64,000 nucleotides of DNA from Yuukianura sp. NJ FZ-2021 (taxonomy: Eukaryota), in contig JAJCTO010000009.1 of the NCBI GenBank assembly GCA_046563655.1, forward strand, positions 558,001-622,000, written 5' to 3'. This document shows positions 15,001 through 25,525 of this stretch, piece by piece. The translations under genes were made by a program, and so were the position numbers. Every line of letters starts with the position of its first letter. The first letter of the stretch is position 1. Under the pieces are notes generated by a model that saw nothing but the letters and a program-made list of their open reading frames with translations, ran no database searches and was not told the DNA's origin.

Positions 15001-18000
15001 AAAATCCCCGATCTGAAATTACATAGCCTAAAAGTAAAGATTTAACTAAAAAAACGTGGCAAGACAAAATCCTGTTGTAGAACAGGCAAACAGTGGAACT
15101 CAACATTACCTCTAAGGGCTCAAAATTTAGGATTTAAGCCTTCAAACTCACCAAAAAACCAGTCTCTTATTTTCGGACATGTAAAGTGGTTTTTACCTTT
15201 AAATCCCCGATCTGAAATTACATAGCCTAAAAGTAAAGATTTAACTAAAAAAACGTGGCAAGACAAAATCCTGTTGTAGAACAGGCAAACAGTAAAGATT
15301 TAACTAAAAAAACGTGGCAAGACAAAATCCTGTTGTAGAACAGGCAAACAGTGGAACTCAACATTACCTCTAAGGGCTCAAAATTTAGGATTTAAGCCGT
15401 AAAACTCGTCAAAAAACCACTCTCTTATTTTCGGACATGTAAAGTGGTTTTTACCTTAAAATCCCCGATCTGAAATTACATAGCCTAAAAGTAAAGATTT
15501 AACTAAAAAAACGTGGCAAGACAAAATCCTGTTGTAGAACAGGCAAACAGTGGAACTCAACATTGCCTCTAAGGCCTCAAAATTTAGGATTTAAGCCGTA
15601 AAACTCGTCAAAAAACCACTCTCTTATTTTCGGACATGTAAAGTGGTTTTTACCTTAAAATCCCCGATCTGAAATTACATAGCCTAAAAGTAAAGATTTA
15701 ACTAAAAAAACGTGGCAAGACAAAATCCTGTTGTAGAACAGGCAAACAGTAAAGATTTAACTAAAAAAACGTGGCAAGACAAAATCCTGTTGTAGAACAG
15801 GCAAACAGTGGAACTCAACATTACCTCTAAGGGCTCAAAATTTAGGATTTAAGCCGTAAAACTCGTCAAAAAACCACTCTCTTATTTTCGGACATGTAAA
15901 GTGGTTTTTACCTTAAAATCCCCGATCTGAAATTACATAGCCTAAAAGTAAAGATTTAACTAAAAAAACGTGGCAAGACAAAATCCTGTTGTAGAACAGG
16001 CAAACAGTAAAGATTTAACTAAAAAAACGTGGTAAGACAAAATGCTGTTGTAGAACAGGCAAACAGTAAAGATTTAACTAAAAAAACGTGGCAAGACAAA
16101 ATCCTGTTGTAGAACAGGCAAACAGTGGAACTCAACATTGCCTCTAAGGCCTCAAAATTTAGGATTTAAGCCGTAAAACTCGTCAAAAAACCACTCTCTT
16201 ATTTTCGGACATGTAAAGTGGTTTTTACCTTTAAATCCCCGATCTGAAATTACATAGCCTAAAAGTAAAGATTTAACTAAAAAAACGTGGCAAGACAAAA
16301 TCCTGTTGTAGAACAGGCAAACAGTAAAGATTTAACTAAAAAAACGTGGCAAGACAAAATCCTGTTGTAGAACAGGCAAACAGTGGAACTCAACATTACC
16401 TCTAAGGGCTCAAAATTTAGGATTTAAGCCGTAAAACTCGTCAAAAAACCACTCTCTTATTTTCGGACATGTAAAGTGGTTTTTACCTTAAAATCCCCGA
16501 TCTGAAATTACATAGCCTAAAAGTAAAGATTTAACTAAAAAAACGTGGCAAGACAAAATCCTGTTGTAGAACAGGCAAACAGTAAAGATTTAACTAAAAA
16601 AACGTGGTAAGACAAAATGCTGTTGTAGAACAGGCAAACAGTAAAGATTTAACTAAAAAAACGTGGCAAGACAAAATCCTGTTGTAGAACAGGCAAACAG
16701 TGGAACTCAACATTGCCTCTAAGGCCTCAAAATTTAGGATTTAAGCCGTAAAACTCGTCAAAAAACCACTCTCTTATTTTCGGACATGTAAAGTGGTTTT
16801 TACCTTTAAATCCCCGATCTGAAATTACATAGCCTAAAAGTAAAGATTTAACTAAAAAAACGTGGCAAGACAAAATCCTGTTGTAGAACAGGCAAACAGT
16901 GGAACTCAACATTGCCTCTAAGGCCTCAAAATTTAGGATTTAAGCCGTAAAACTCGTCAAAAAACCACTCTCTTATTTTCGGACATGTAAAGTGGTTTTT
17001 ACCTTAAAATCCCCGATCTGAAATTACATAGCCTAAAAGTAAAGATTTAACTAAAAAAACGTGGCAAGACAAAATCCTGTTGTAGAACAGGCAAACAGTA
17101 AAGATTTAACTAAAAAAACGTGGCAAGACAAAATCCTGTTGTAGAACAGGCAAACAGTGGAACTCAACATTACCTCTAAGGGCTCAAAATTTAGGATTTA
17201 AGCCGTAAAACTCGTCAAAAAACCACTCTCTTATTTTCGGACATGTAAAGTGGTTTTTACCTTTAAATCCCCGATCTGAAATTACATAGCCTAAAAGTAA
17301 AGATTTAACTAAAAAAACGTGGCAAGACAAAATCCTGTTGTAGAACAGGCAAACAGTAAAGATTTAACTAAAAAAACGTGGTAAGACAAAATCCTGTTGC
17401 AGAACAGGCAAACAGTGGAACTCAACATTGCCTCTAAGGGCTCAAAATTTAGGATTTAAGCCGTAAAACTCGTCAAAAAACCACTCTTTTATTTTCGGAC
17501 ATGTAAAGTGGTTTTTACCTTTAAATCCCCGATCTGAAATTACATAGCCTAAAAGTAAAGATTTAACTAAAAAAACGTGGCAAGACAAAATCCTGTTGTA
17601 GAACAGGCAAACAGTGGAACTCAACATTGCCTCTAAGGCCTCAAAATTTAGGATTTAAGCCGTAAAACTCGTCAAAAAACCACTCTCTTATTTTCGGACA
17701 TGTAAAGTGGTTTTTACCTTAAAATCCCCGATCTGAAATTACATAGCCTAAAAGTAAAGATTTAACTAAAAAAACGTGGCAAGACAAAATCCTGTTGTAG
17801 AACAGGCAAACAGTAAAGATTTAACTAAAAAAACGTGGCAAGACAAAATCCTGTTGTAGAACAGGCAAACAGTGGAACTCAACATTGCCTCTAAGGCCTC
17901 AAAATTTAGGATTTAAGCCGTAAAACTCGTCAAAAAACCACTCTCTTATTTTCGGACATGTAAAGTGGTTTTTACCTTTAAATCCCCGATCTGAAATTAC

Positions 18001-19439
18001 ATAGCCTAAAAGTAAAGATTTAACTAAAAAAACGTGGCAAGACAAAATCCTGTTGTAGAACAGGCAAACAGTAAAGATTTAACTAAAAAAACGTGGCAAG
18101 ACAAAATCCTGTTGTAGAACAGGCAAACAGTGGAACTCAACATTACCTCTAAGGGCTCAAAATTTAGGATTTAAGCCGTAAAACTCGTCAAAAAACCACT
18201 CTCTTATTTTCGGACATGTAAAGTGGTTTTTACCTTAAAATCCCCGATCTGAAATTACATAGCCTAAAAGTAAAGATTTAACTAAAAAAACGTGGCAAGA
18301 CAAAATCCTGTTGTAGAACAGGCAAACAGTAAAGATTTAACTAAAAAAACGTGGTAAGACAAAATGCTGTTGTAGAACAGGCAAACAGTAAAGATTTAAC
18401 TAAAAAAACGTGGCAAGACAAAATCCTGTTGTAGAACAGGCAAACAGTGGAACTCAACATTGCCTCTAAGGCCTCAAAATTTAGGATTTAAGCCGTAAAA
18501 CTCGTCAAAAAACCACTCTCTTATTTTCGGACATGTAAAGTGGTTTTTACCTTAAAATCCCCGATCTGAAATTACATAGCCTAAAAGTAAAGATTTAACT
18601 AAAAAAACGTGGCAAGACAAAATCCTGTTGTAGAACAGGCAAACAGTGGAACTCAACATTGCCTCTAAGGCCTCAAAATTTAGGATTTAAGCCGTAAAAC
18701 TCGTCAAAAAACCACTCTCTTATTTTCGGACATGTAAAGTGGTTTTTACCTTAAAATCCCCGATCTGAAATTACATAGCCTAAAAGTAAAGATTTAACTA
18801 AAAAAACGTGGCAAGACAAAATCCTGTTGTAGAACAGGCAAACAGTGGAACTCAACATTACCTCTAAGGGCTCAAAATTTAGGATTTAAGCCGTAAAACT
18901 CGTCAAAAAACCACTCTCTTATTTTCGGACATGTAAAGTGGTTTTTACCTTTAAATCCCCGATCTGAAATTACATAGCCTAAAAGTAAAGATTTAACTAA
19001 AAAAACGTGGCAAGACAAAATCCTGTTGTAGAACAGGCAAACAGTAAAGATTTAACTAAAAAAACGTGGCAAGACAAAATCCTGTTGTAGAACAGGCAAA
19101 CAGTGGAACTCAACATTGCCTCTAAGGGCTCAAAATTTAGGATTTAAGCCTTCAAACTTACCAAAAAACCACTCTCTTATTTTCGGACATGTAAAGTGGT
19201 TTTTACCTTTAAATCCCCGATCTGAAATTACATAGCCTAAAAGTAAAGATTTAACTAAAAAAACGTGGCAAGACAAAATCCTGTTGTAGAACAGGCAAAC
19301 AGTGGAACTCAACATTGCCTCTAAGGCCTCAAAATTTAGGATTTAAGCCGTAAAACTCGTCAAAAAACCACTCTCTTATTTTCGGACATGTAAAGTGGTT
19401 TTTACCTTAAAATCCCCGATCTGAAATTACATAGCCTAA
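1..19439. repeat. Satellite DNA array, left block; monomer = 140-bp core + n x 59-bp subrepeat (199/258/317 bp)
   Basis: CTCGTCAAAA recurs at 1, 259 and 458 (periods 258 and 199). The subrepeat AGTAAAGATTTAACTAAAAAAACGTGGCAAGACAAAATCCTGTTGTAGAACAGGCAAAC is 59 bp and occurs 1-3 times per monomer. Copies are nearly identical. Confidence 0.99.
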
Positions 19440-19451
19440 CAAGGTAGGGCA

Positions 19452-19470
19452 GTGCTCAAGGGTTGAGCAC
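19452..19470 (-). other. 3' terminal stem-loop of the HINE
   Basis: Perfect 8-bp stem GTGCTCAA/TTGAGCAC with a 3-nt loop, between the subTIR and the element end. Confidence 0.85.
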
Positions 19471-20110
19471 AGATCTTCTGGAGGGAGTTGACAATTGATA
19501 CGACATTGCGACCGGCCTACCGCAAAACTGTACGCACAAAATGCACAAAATTGAACGTTAAGAAGAAGGGGTCGAATATCGTTCTTGATTGATGTTCTTC
19601 ATTTCTTGAGGAAGATGCACATATGTATTGTCGATGTTGCCATGGCAATGCTCAAGGTAGTTCTCACAACTGCACAAACCTTCAATTGTGTGCATCATGC
19701 ACAAAATTGTACGTTGTGGGGTAGGGGTCCAATATCGTTTCTTTAAAATCAAAATCAAAGAAATTTATTGTGAATGCAAATTTGAACCCTCCCATTCGCT
19801 GCTTACATGTTACGAATTTAAACCGGAGTTTGAGCCCTCTCATCAGTCCCAAATTAACAACGTAAATAAACATACTGTCAGAAAATGACCAGGTCAAAAC
19901 TTCGTTGTTTATAAATATTTTGAGTGCAATCGAAACCAAAACAGTTTTGCGGAGCCACGATACTGCGGGTACGTAAAGTAGCCGCCAACTTTTACGTTGT
20001 TAATTTAACACTTTGAGTGCAATGTAGACCTACTGAAAACTCTTGAGCCATACATAACCCCCCGACTGCGATGGGGCTAATGTTTCAGTACAATGAGTCC
20101 TAAAAAACGT

Positions 20111-20133
20111 GACAGACGGACGGACAGACGGAC
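20111..20133 (-). repeat. GTCY tetranucleotide microsatellite in the HINE
   Basis: GACAGACGGACGGACAGACGGAC on plus, which reads (GTCC/GTCT)n on minus. Confidence 0.9.
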
Positions 20134-20147
20134 AAAGTCGTATCAAT

Positions 20148-20189
20148 AGTCTTCTTCAGCACGTCGTAGACGTGCGTCTCCAGAAGACT
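20148..20189 (-). other. 5' hairpin of the HINE
   Basis: AGTCTTCT (20148-20155) pairs with AGAAGACT (20182-20189). Inner stem GCACGTC-GTA-GACGTGC (20159-20175). Confidence 0.85.
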
Positions 20190-20302
20190 AAAAGTAAAGA
20201 TTTAACTAAAAAAACGTGGCAAGACAAAATCCTATTGTAGAACAGTCAAACAGTAAAGATTTAACTAAAAAAACGTGGCAAGACAAAATCCTGTTGTAGA
20301 AC
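20190..20302. repeat. Satellite remnant (two 59-bp subrepeats, the second cut by the P element) between the two insertions
   Basis: The satellite resumes in register after the HINE and continues in register at 25526. Confidence 0.97.
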
Positions 20303-20386
20303 CATAGAGTTACCAAGGCGACTCAATTTTTTTTTCTTTTAACTAGAGTGGACATAAGGCATTTTTTCAACAAAATTTTTGAAGCA
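20303..20386 (+). repeat. Left terminal inverted repeat (84 bp)
   Basis: CATAGAGTTACCAAGGCGACTCAATT...TTTTGAAGCA is the reverse complement of 25442-25525 apart from 2 positions. Confidence 0.97.
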
Positions 20387-20730
20387 TTTACAAAGCGGAA
20401 AAAAAACCGTTTTCATCTTAAATTTAAGCCAGGTACACACAAACTATGGATTGCAGGTTTCATTTTTGAAAATTTCGAAAATTTTTCGCGAATTCCTGAA
20501 AAAGTTAAATCTAGCATTTTGTTTTTCAGAGAAACTATCAACCCTATTCTGTAATTCTGGAAAATGCTACTAGTAGTGGTGTGGACGTAGATAGTAACTA
20601 TAGATTAGTTAATTTAACGTTTGAATTTACTTTAGCTGTCTTTAATTACTTGAAACTATTCGGAATTAAGAGAGATTTTATTTTACAGCAGAGTTTAAAT
20701 TGGAAAATTGGAAATACTCTGAATCTAACA

Positions 20731-23622
20731 CTACTGACCTCTGAAAATTACAGTTTTGTTACAAGTGTTACGAATAGTAGTTGGGTTTAGCTTAATGGTT
20801 TCCTGTCTGGCAATGTAATGAAACCTAATCTTACAGTATTGTCTAATGACCAAGCGAAGCAAAGTAAGCACGTGGGAAGACTCAAAAGTGTGTTCGTCCA
20901 TGCTGATCATCCTCAATTCTCCGAAGATATCCCCTTGCTGAAGGCTTTGGAGGGTGACGACGAGGACTTTTTCGACATTCAGCTTGTCAGCCCCTTGGGA
21001 TTGGTGAAGGCGAATCACTTGCTCCGTCTGCTTACAAGTTTCGATAAGATCCGGAGATGGAATGAAGAGCCCCTGGTCCGGAATTCCGAATTGGGAAGCT
21101 TGCTCCCGAGTACTTTGGCTTTGCTTCTCGGCCAGTAGAATAAAATCAGATCTGCAAAACAAATTGAGAATTATATTACTTTGTGACGTTAATTTAGTAA
21201 AATTGCATCAAATACCTTAAATACTGAAGTGAAGGTTCTAACACAGTTAAAGCATTACGACAAATTGGGCAATCTAGTAATTTTGAAATATTCCGACCAA
21301 CGAATCCAGCAATATACACGACGATGTTATTGACAAAAGTCGAAAGGTTCTCCATGGATGAGAATTCAGGCATATCTTCATCATCGTCATCGACTTCTGC
21401 CACATTCGCTTTAGCGACAGGAACAAGCGTTCCACAATCCATTTCCTCTTGAGGGATTCAATTTCCGGTGCTGCCAGGATCCATCTTAACGGAAAGTATT
21501 GACCGTAATGCGGCCATTAGTTGAAGAATGTTTGGATTATTATTGTTTCCGAGTCGCTTCCGAACAACGCCAAAAAAGAGTTCCAGTGGGTCCTGGCACA
21601 GTCGATAAGTCGGAAGATAACTGAAAAAAATATATATTCTTTAACATCGTTAACTCGGAACTAAATTCAATGCCGTAGATCATTACCTCAGTTGTCGGTT
21701 CAAAGGAATAACAAACTTCTCGAAAATCAGCTCTATACTGCAGATGAGAATATACCAGCCAGTAATACAAGTCTTCCTTCGAGTTTTAGCTAGTTCCACC
21801 CATTTCGAAGTTTCAATTCCTTCGTGTGACATAATGGTATCCTCGACCGAAAGAGATTTAAGGTATGACTTGGCGTACTTCATGAAGTCTCGCCAACGTG
21901 CCATGTTCTCAACCTTGAGCGGAGCCTTGTATCCAATTCCATTTGGACGAGAATTGCATAGGTCAAACAATCTGAAAGTTAAGATACATATTACAAATGT
22001 AAAAATGCAGAAACGTTAAATATGATAAACAGTTTACTTGTCGCTAATCCGAAGAAACTTGACAGTTGCCTCACACCCTTCAAACTCTTTGATACCCATT
22101 TTTCGGGATGCCTCGAGTGCTGCAGCCACCGACGAACTTAGCAACTGGGTCGAGAGTTTGACCTTCATCTTCTGTTGGTGAAATAGGACATGACGATACG
22201 ACAACTTGTTACCAGCGCGTAATCCTTCTTTAGACTGAATTTCTTGGAGCTGTTCCATGTAACGCCAGTTGATAATGTTACCTTCATCGTCCTTCAGCTC
22301 CTGGTAATGTTCTAGTGTGTTTCGCAACAGCTTTTGCAAGTAGACGACATCTGGAAGCACAAACACATCATCTCCAGTTGTTGGATGGGGAAATGAAGGC
22401 TTAAATCCAGCGTCGTCTAGGTCAAGATTCGCGTGGAGACGTTTGCAAGCGTTGAAATTTGCAGTTAAGCCGTCAAAAACTACACCAATCACATTTGAGT
22501 TTACTTCAGCCATTTTCTCCAAGGATGCTTTCAGAATAGTAGAAATCAGCATTGCACTGCTTCCATCGGTAAGGAAGTATGCGATCGGCAATTTGGTGTT
22601 TCCATTTATGCTCCTGGCGTAGACAAAAAGGGCATCGGTCGCAACTTTCCGTTTGGGAAGGACGTCGAGGTTTCCATAATTGACATAGCCAATCATCTTC
22701 TCGTTGTTGACGTGAAGTATTTGCTTCCTGATTGCGATCTCATCAATAATTAGTACATATAACAACCGGTTGTTCTTCATATTAGCTTCCTTCAACGACT
22801 TCAAACAATCTTCTAGGAATCCTGGCTGGACCCCAATCCAGTCATGCCATCTGGAAATTGTTCTCAAACAAGGAATATACTTGAATTCCGTTCTCAAAGC
22901 ATTATAAGCTGCCGCGGAGTAATAGGACACTTTAGTTGCCAACTGTCGGGTTTTTTTGTTGTACTGCTTGCCTTCCTTTGTCATTCTGGAGCTGATTGAT
23001 TGGGACCAGTTTCTGTTGTTTGTACCTTTGTTGACACAAGTTTCTTTGGGCGTTTCAGAGTTGGAGTGATCTTTGCAATTGTTGCCCGCCTACGTATCAT
23101 TTGATGGAGTGACTTGATTTGGGCATCTTTTGCACCGATGCGGCGTTCCAGGACGGATATTTTAGATTTCAAAATCGAGATCTCACGTTTTTGCGTTTCT
23201 ACTAGTTCAATTAGTTCCTCTGGTGTCTTTTCAGCCACGGCATGTAACCCTTCAGTTGAGCAAGCATGAAGTAGACTTGAGTTTTTTGAATCAATATTTT
23301 CACCTCCGGATGTTACTACTTGAGTGGGAAAATGTCCAGCCAGAATTCGCCGTCCTCTTCGAAACGGTTGGAAGCAGCAAGTTTTGAAATGACGGCTGCA
23401 AATTCTACTGGCGTTTGACAGGTTTGGCTCAGCTTGATTACAATCCCGGACGAAGCTCAACCAGGTTTTGCGTTCATCCGTGAGAGGAAATCTAAGTTTA
23501 ATAGAAAATATGAAATAAAACATTAAATTTGCTTATGATAAAATGAATCACACTTACTTATGCAAGCTAATACCACTTTGGCAAAGCTTGCTACAGTTCC
23601 GAATAAGGCAGCAGTTAACCAT
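20731..23622 (-). pseudogene. P-element/THAP9-like transposase, 5 exons, ~876 aa when repaired; disabled
   Basis: Exons: 23622-23558, 23491-22038, 21971-21687, 21620-21216, 21151-20731, with GT-AG introns. THAP zinc finger (MVNCCLIRNC...KFP...W...CSRHF) then a coiled coil. Family motifs: IIDEIAIRK, VVFDG, KMKVKLSTQLLSSSVA, LFDLCNS, TYRLCQDPLELFFGVVR..GNNNNP. Lesions: frame shift near 22981-22984, in-frame TGA at 21460-21458, and Tyr at the expected His of DxxH. AATAAA at 20682-20677. Confidence 0.92.
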
Positions 23623-24151
23623 CCTTGATATTCTGCAAAGTAATTCGAAAGCAAGAAATTAAAATAATAGTTTTTCGAAAAGTCGACATCAAACATTCCA
23701 GACGAAGGTACAGGTTTTAGCAAGCTATTATTATAATTATTATTGTTATTATTATATTATTCATTAATTTTTACTACTATTTATCAAGGAAAGGGCATCA
23801 ATTTTTGCGATCAAAATTTTGGTAAAAAGGAATTTGAATGTTTTAACGCTAAAGGGTCGCTCAGCTGGTCCAAAGTCTGGACTCCCGTCAAAAAAACCAT
23901 GGGGGGAGGACGGTCACTTTCAGTTATAGTATATAAATAACGCTAATCTTAAATTGTTAATACTAGTCATCGAATCCTACGTAAAAATAAACAATTAAAT
24001 TGATATATTTACAATAACTGATTGTAGTGAATTACCAACATCATGAAAATTTTAAATAATATTGTACACTATACCAAGAATCAAACTATACAGCTGAAAC
24101 AAATTTTTATTTGGAATGAATCATTATAAACAGAATATTATAATCATAGAA

Positions 24152-24910
24152 TTATTTTGGTTGTGGAATGGATGATATTTTCAGAGGGAAGCCTGCCTTT
24201 TTTCGATCTGCTTCACTCAAATTTTTGTGAAATAGTTTGACAAGTGGTTCAGATATTTCTAAAACTCTACGCAATTCTTGTTCCCGCTTTCTCTGTCTCA
24301 TGAGGAATTCGTAGTTGCGTTGGACGCGGTAATTGTCAGCATCTTCAAGTCTTTTTATCCTCTCAGCTTCAGTTTCTTTCGGCTTTTCAAGTTCTTTGGC
24401 CTCCTTTTCTTTCCGTTTCTTGATATCCTTCTTTGTTTTTTCGATTGCCTTTCCAAGAATTCTCTGCAATTCAGTTTCATTTTTTTTTCGTTCACGTTTT
24501 TCTTGCTCCCATTTTCTATTTCTTTCTCTTTTTTGTTCTCGTGTCAGTGTATTCTAAGAAGATATAAAAAAGAAAAATTTTAGTGAAATAAAAATCATTT
24601 GTTGTATAAGTTTCAATTTCAGAATTTTCGCAGTACTTTGCAACATATAAACTTTCGCAAAAATTTCCCCCCCATAGTTTTACGAAAATTTTTGGCATGA
24701 CCCGTTTAGTATTTACCACCAAAAAAAAATTAACTGGCAGATATGTGCACAGTCAATCTCTTAGTTAAAAATTAGTCAAAAAACGAAAGATTTCCACAAC
24801 AATTTCAAAATTTCATGTTTTTAACTTACGTTTTGTGACGATGCTCCTGCTGAAGATGTTGATGCTGTCGAAGTAGATGAAGTCGATGAAGCCGCAGGCT
24901 GTTCCTCCAT
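24152..24910 (-). CDS. Putative two-exon accessory gene inside the transposon; 160-aa protein with Ser/Thr/Ala-rich N-terminus and Lys/Glu/Arg-rich helical region, function unknown
   Basis: ATG at 24910. Exon 1 (24910-24830) encodes MEEQPAASSTSSTSTASTSSAGASSQN and ends at a GTAAGT donor. The 276-bp intron ends in a pyrimidine tract and TAG. Exon 2 (24553-24152) is in frame with the listed 105-aa ORF. AATAAA lies ~40 nt after the stop (24111-24106). Confidence 0.72.
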
Positions 24911-25441
24911 TCCTAGTCACCACTAGTCAGTATCGTGCCGATTTCTAGTCCTATTTCTAGTCATTAGTGTAACATAGTTAAGTCAATAATTTAGATAAAA
25001 ACCGTACTTTCGCCTGGAATTTTAATTTTATAAAAGCAAGAACAAGATAACACAAACTTACCTTTAGGCACCAATTGTAGTTGAAACGGATACGTAGGTA
25101 GTAGGTAGTAGCTTAGATGTAGTTAGGTTTAGATGTAATTAAGTTAAATATTAGTAATTAGAATTACTAAATAGTGACTTTAATTTAACTTTTTGCAAGA
25201 GCAATTTTAGCAGGAGGACGAATTGTTGGGTTGCTGTAACCTCTTCCGGGCATACTACTAGTCACCAGTTGTATCGTGACAGCTATGGGCAGATATTTTG
25301 TCTCAAAATCCCTGTTTTCCGCATTTTTATTCATAATTTTAGAAATTTTGAACACTGAAAATCAAAATTTCATTTTTTGTGTGAACATTGCTGAAACTTC
25401 GGATGAAAGCGGTTTTTTACCTCTTTTAACCTCTTTTAATT

Positions 25442-25525
25442 TGCTTCAAAAATTTTGTTGAAAAAATGCCTTATGTCCACTCTAGTTAAAAGAAAAAAAA
25501 ATCGAGTCGCTTTGGTAACTCTATG
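25442..25525 (-). repeat. Right terminal inverted repeat (84 bp)
   Basis: TGCTTCAAAAATTTTG...GAGTCGCTTTGGTAACTCTATG, followed by the TSD TGTAGAAC. Confidence 0.97.

Larger units (their letters stand above)
19440..20189 (-). mobile_element. Non-autonomous Helentron/Helitron2-associated element (HINE, DINE-1-like), ~750 bp
   Basis: Subterminal inverted repeats TCTTCTGGAG (19474-19483) and CTCCAGAAGA (20178-20187). 5' hairpin overlapping the subTIR (20148-20189). GTCY microsatellite (20111-20133, minus strand). 3' stem-loop GTGCTCAA-GGG-TTGAGCAC (19452-19470). Inserted in a T-run on the minus strand with two extra T. This layout matches the established DINE-1/HINE structure. Confidence 0.85.
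20303..25525 (-). mobile_element. P-superfamily (P/THAP9-like) DNA transposon, 5,223 bp
   Basis: CAT...ATG termini, 84-bp TIRs with 2 mismatches, 8-bp TSD TGTAGAAC (20295-20302 and 25526-25533), and an internal THAP-DDE transposase gene. Confidence 0.96.

Noticed and set aside
19558..19939. Short ORFs inside the 750-bp insertion
   Set aside because: Overlapping 66-85-aa frames on both strands with no Rep or helicase motifs.
20348..22019. Plus-strand ORFs (20348, 20379, 20581, 20818, 21744) and minus ORF 21540-21770
   Set aside because: TIR-region, antisense or off-frame shadows of the transposase exons.
23881..23899. CGTCAAAAAAACCA in the transposon resembling the satellite core
   Set aside because: A short A-rich match with an indel, plausible by chance.
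24278..24722. Phe/Ser-rich plus-strand ORFs and minus ORF 24516-24722
   Set aside because: Antisense shadow of the Lys/Glu-rich exon, and mostly intronic sequence.
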